A DNA stretch of 46,234 bases from a bacterium (lineage in GTDB: Bacteria > Patescibacteriota > Minisyncoccia > CAIUEV01), in contig JAJYBC010000002.1 in assembly GCA_021779255.1 (NCBI GenBank), positions 1 through 46,234 on the forward strand, written 5' to 3'. The position numbers and the translations under genes were made by a program. The first letter of the stretch is position 1. Each line of letters starts with the position of its first letter. The notes under the pieces were generated by a model, which ran no database searches, had not been told where the DNA came from, and saw nothing but the letters and a program-made list of their open reading frames with translations. Positions 43,374 through 46,234 of the stretch are shown here, in pieces.

Positions 43374-46234
43374 ATGTTTCTGCAAAACAAAAAGAAAAAA
43401 AATAGTTTAGTAAGATCTATTGGCATAGCTGTGGTGGCTTTTTTGCCTGTTTCGTCATTTATTTTGGCGGTTGTGATTGGTTTTTGGACGGAAAAAGCGC
43501 AAGCGGCAATAACTAATAAATTTCCGGACATCAAAGCGTACGCCAAAGTGATTAATATTCCCAGCTTTTTTGGTAAACCGGTGCGAATCCCTATCCCTTC
43601 AGATAATCCGGATAAAATTCCGGGGGGTGATCAAGATTTTCTTTATGTTTATCCACCTCAAATTTTATTGAATGTCAAAGCGAAAACGGCAGTTTCTTAC
43701 CCGATTAAATCAGTTTATCTGGCTTCGGGCGGTTATATTAGCGCCGAAAAGGAGAAAACGGTTAAAGAAGGAGTAGAAAACTGGATTAATAATTGTTTTT
43801 GTAATCAACAGCAATTATTGAAAGATTTGAAAGATATTGTGGTTAATCGTTCAACGGAGCCAAAAAAAGTGAGCTATTTTGAATTTTTGCAAAGTGTTTT
43901 TCCGATTATCAAAGTTAAAGCGGCTGATGCGACCGCTACCGATACAACTGCGACCACGAGTAGCACGGACAGCACGGCTCAGCTGGAAGCTTTAATGAAC
44001 TCTGATGATCCACAGGCCAAACAGATGCTGATGCTTTTGCTTCTCAATTTATTACTCTCGCAAAAATTAGCTGAAGCCAGTAATTTAGACAAAGATCAAT
44101 GTTTGGCTCAAAGCGGAGAGTGGATCAACGAAACTTGTTATTTACCAACCAGCAATTCTGCGACTGGTGGAACGTCTACTGATACCGCGAACACCGCTGC
44201 TACTAAAACTAAGGCTTGCACCAACTCTAACGGTAAATGGAAAAGTTTTACTTCTTCCAAGAATCTTTGTTTGGCGCAGTGTGGTAAATCGGCCAGTAAA
44301 TGTACGGGAACTAATCTTTCCGATTTTGAAGATGAATACGGAATTTATTTGAACGAGAATGATCCGAATTTGGCCGGTTGTCAGTGTGAAACTGGTCTTT
44401 GTGCCGATGTGGAGGGCAATTGTATCACTCAGGACAAAGGTCTTCTGGATGATGATGACGACGGAGTTTTAAATAAAGATGATCAATGTTTGAAAACGGC
44501 TGCCGGTGAAACGGTTAATACGGCAATTGGCGATGCCAACGCCGGTTGTTCTTGCTCCGACTTGGCCAAGAAAGGTAAAATTCGTCAGCAAGTAACTTGT
44601 CCCGCTAATGCTTGCGATGCCCAGTACATGGTGACTTATCCGCAGGGTGGATCAGACTCTTGTTCGAACGGAGTTGTTACCGCTTTTAACTGTACAGCAA
44701 CGCGTACGGCTGATCAGACTTGTAATGATGCTTATCAACAAGAACAAGCTCAAAAACAACAACAAGATCAGCAGAAGCAACAGGCTTTGCAAGATTTATT
44801 GAAACAATTAATGGGCGGTGGCCAACAAGGCGGTGGTCAAGGAGGTGGCCAAGGCGGTGGTTGCGGCGGCGGTCAAGGCGGCGGACAACCCAGCAGTGGG
44901 CAACCCAGTAGCGGTGGTCCCAGTGGCGCCAGTCCCAGCAGTCCGGCAGCCACCACTCAAACACCAGCCCAGACGGCTCCGGCTCCAACAATTTCACAAA
45001 AACAGGATTTAACAACTGGTGATACAATGACAACAGCTACTGATCCAAAAAGTGGAGAGACAGTGGCACAATCGGTTACTCAGTACGATCCTTCTACTGG
45101 GAAAACCACAACGACAGACGTTACTTCTTCTGGACCATTAATGGATTCAACTAGTCAAGCAGGAACAACGCCCAATATGGATAATCTTTATGGAAAAGGT
45201 AGTTCTTTTGGAGAGTATCCCAACACAGTGGCAGGTACAACTCCGTTTAGTGATCCTAGCAACATTAAACAAGAGGGAACGGCTCCTTTTCAGCAGCAAA
45301 TTACAGATTCTACTAAACCTGGAGACATTGGAAACAGCGGAAAACAGGGCCAAGCAGGTGATGATTGGGGTGGTTCTACCCCTCAAAATCCTTATGCTCC
45401 CGGTACTCCTGTCGAGAGTCTTCCTCCTAGTGCAAATACTCCTGATCCTAGTACCCAACCTCAGACCCAGCCTGCTCCTGACGCCCAAACTCCACAGTCT
45501 GAGACATTGAATTCCTATACAGACGATAAGGGTAGTATAACTGGATATGAAAAAGTTCAGACAGATCAAAATGGGAGCACAACGACCTATTATGATAAGG
45601 ATGGTAATAAGATTAACGATAAGCCAGAAGGGACATTGAATAACCAGCCAGTTAATCCTAAAACAGGAGGGTCTTCTTCAGAAGGGACACCAATACCTGA
45701 AGGGACAGCTAGTGAGGCTGGCACAGGAATTGGAGGAGGTCCAGGACAAGTTAATACAGAGGCAGCTACAACAAATCAATCAATTTTAGATAATCCTCAA
45801 AGTGCTACGCCGGAGCAGTTAAATAGTGCTGTAAATGACGCAACAAACACTTTAAACGACCCAAGTTTTCAAGAAATGTTGAATAGTGGAGATGCTATGG
45901 CTCTTGGAAACGCGCAAGACATAGTAAACTCACCTGGTTTTCAGCAGGCAGTTGCCAATGGAGATGTAGCAGCTACCCAAGCAATGACAAACACAGTTAA
46001 TTCCCCAACATTTCAAGATGCAGCTACTCAAGGTTTCGGAAATACTAGTCCATTGGGTGATAGCGGTTTTTGGACAGAAGGAAATGCTACTAATTCCGCA
46101 GGAACTACTTTAGGTCAAATGGGTTCGAGCGACCCAAATGCTTTTAATGGGGGCATTTTTGGTAGCTCTGAGAATATTCCAACTGGAGATGCTGGTGCCT
46201 CGACTTGGGGGACGGAAACGATGGGAGGGCAAAT
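43374..46234 (+). CDS. giant secreted protein, paralog of 39626..42898 (3-prime partial, runs off the window)
   Basis: This ORF is not in the supplied track because it has no stop in the window, so I translated it by hand. It reads MFLQNKKKKNSLVRSIGIAVVAFLP...EKAQA/AITN, then IPGGDQDFLYVYPP, DPQAKQMLMLLLLNLL, LDDDDDGVLNKDDQC...AGCSCSDL and a GGGQ/PSS linker. All are collinear with the first giant protein. The frame stays open to the last base. Confidence 0.85.
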   Translation, partial: MFLQNKKKKNSLVRSIGIAVVAFLPVSSFILAVVIGFWTEKAQAAITNKFPDIKAYAKVINIPSFFGKPVRIPIPSDNPDKIPGGDQDFLYVYPPQILLNVKAKTAVSYPIKSVYLASGGYISAEKEKTVKEGVENWINNCFCNQQQLLKDLKDIVVNRSTEPKKVSYFEFLQSVFPIIKVKAADATATDTTATTSSTDSTAQLEALMNSDDPQAKQMLMLLLLNLLLSQKLAEASNLDKDQCLAQSGEWINETCYLPTSNSATGGTSTDTANTAATKTKACTNSNGKWKSFTSSKNLCLAQCGKSASKCTGTNLSDFEDEYGIYLNENDPNLAGCQCETGLCADVEGNCITQDKGLLDDDDDGVLNKDDQCLKTAAGETVNTAIGDANAGCSCSDLAKKGKIRQQVTCPANACDAQYMVTYPQGGSDSCSNGVVTAFNCTATRTADQTCNDAYQQEQAQKQQQDQQKQQALQDLLKQLMGGGQQGGGQGGGQGGGCGGGQGGGQPSSGQPSSGGPSGASPSSPAATTQTPAQTAPAPTISQKQDLTTGDTMTTATDPKSGETVAQSVTQYDPSTGKTTTTDVTSSGPLMDSTSQAGTTPNMDNLYGKGSSFGEYPNTVAGTTPFSDPSNIKQEGTAPFQQQITDSTKPGDIGNSGKQGQAGDDWGGSTPQNPYAPGTPVESLPPSANTPDPSTQPQTQPAPDAQTPQSETLNSYTDDKGSITGYEKVQTDQNGSTTTYYDKDGNKINDKPEGTLNNQPVNPKTGGSSSEGTPIPEGTASEAGTGIGGGPGQVNTEAATTNQSILDNPQSATPEQLNSAVNDATNTLNDPSFQEMLNSGDAMALGNAQDIVNSPGFQQAVANGDVAATQAMTNTVNSPTFQDAATQGFGNTSPLGDSGFWTEGNATNSAGTTLGQMGSSDPNAFNGGIFGSSENIPTGDAGASTWGTETMGGQ

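Noticed and set aside
44686-45569. Minus-strand ORFs 44686..45033 and 45147..45569, and plus-strand ORFs 44818..45012 and 45190..45510.
   Set aside because: They lie inside the low-complexity GGQ/PSS/TP-rich part of the hand-translated giant gene. Their translations are compositionally biased (Arg/Leu/His/Trp runs), typical of off-frame readings of repetitive coding DNA.
1-46234. Alternative genetic code (UGA recoded, as in some ultrasmall bacterial lineages).
   Set aside because: Well-conserved genes terminate naturally at TGA (for example gyrA at 10196 and the NYN gene at 2366), and no conserved gene is interrupted by in-frame TGA. The standard code fits.
39626-46234. Diversity-generating retroelement targeting the variable giant proteins.
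   Set aside because: No reverse transcriptase ORF is present, and I could find no template/variable repeat pair with adenine-specific mismatches in the window. The divergence between the paralogs is whole-domain, not localised A-site variation.

Overview
AT-rich, densely packed bacterial window read with the standard genetic code (TGA is used as a stop, for example in gyrA). By inference only, gene content and style resemble a small-genome, monoderm CPR/Patescibacteria-like organism. Housekeeping genes: gatB, tRNA-Ala(UGC), tsf, rpsB, gyrA, miaA, an ftsA-like gene, dnaN, alr, tsaD, ybaB, an LCP-family gene, atpC, fusA and rny. Between them sits a type IV pilus (T4P) locus, pilM / pilN-like / pilO-like / small ORF / pilB / response regulator / pilT / pilC / pilin. 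A second, oppositely oriented module encodes a secreted protein plus two pilins. Two very large paralogous secreted proteins follow; the first has about 50 cysteines and the second runs off the window end. Beyond the genes there are three families of structured repeats. (1) A REP-like GC-rich palindrome whose right arm is tandemly repeated, with one copy in frame inside miaA. (2) Long AT-rich hairpins whose stems differ between copies but whose tips carry a conserved GC-rich core, all in 5-prime regions of ribosomal or cell-surface genes. (3) An IS200/RAYT-like Y1 transposase gene bracketed by identical palindromes and by inverted arrays of a 23-bp tandem repeat. The best candidates for something undescribed are the pilin plus giant Cys-rich exoprotein module, the conserved-core hairpins and the unusual RAYT unit. 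All protein calls come from motif recognition by eye on the supplied translations; no database search was run.
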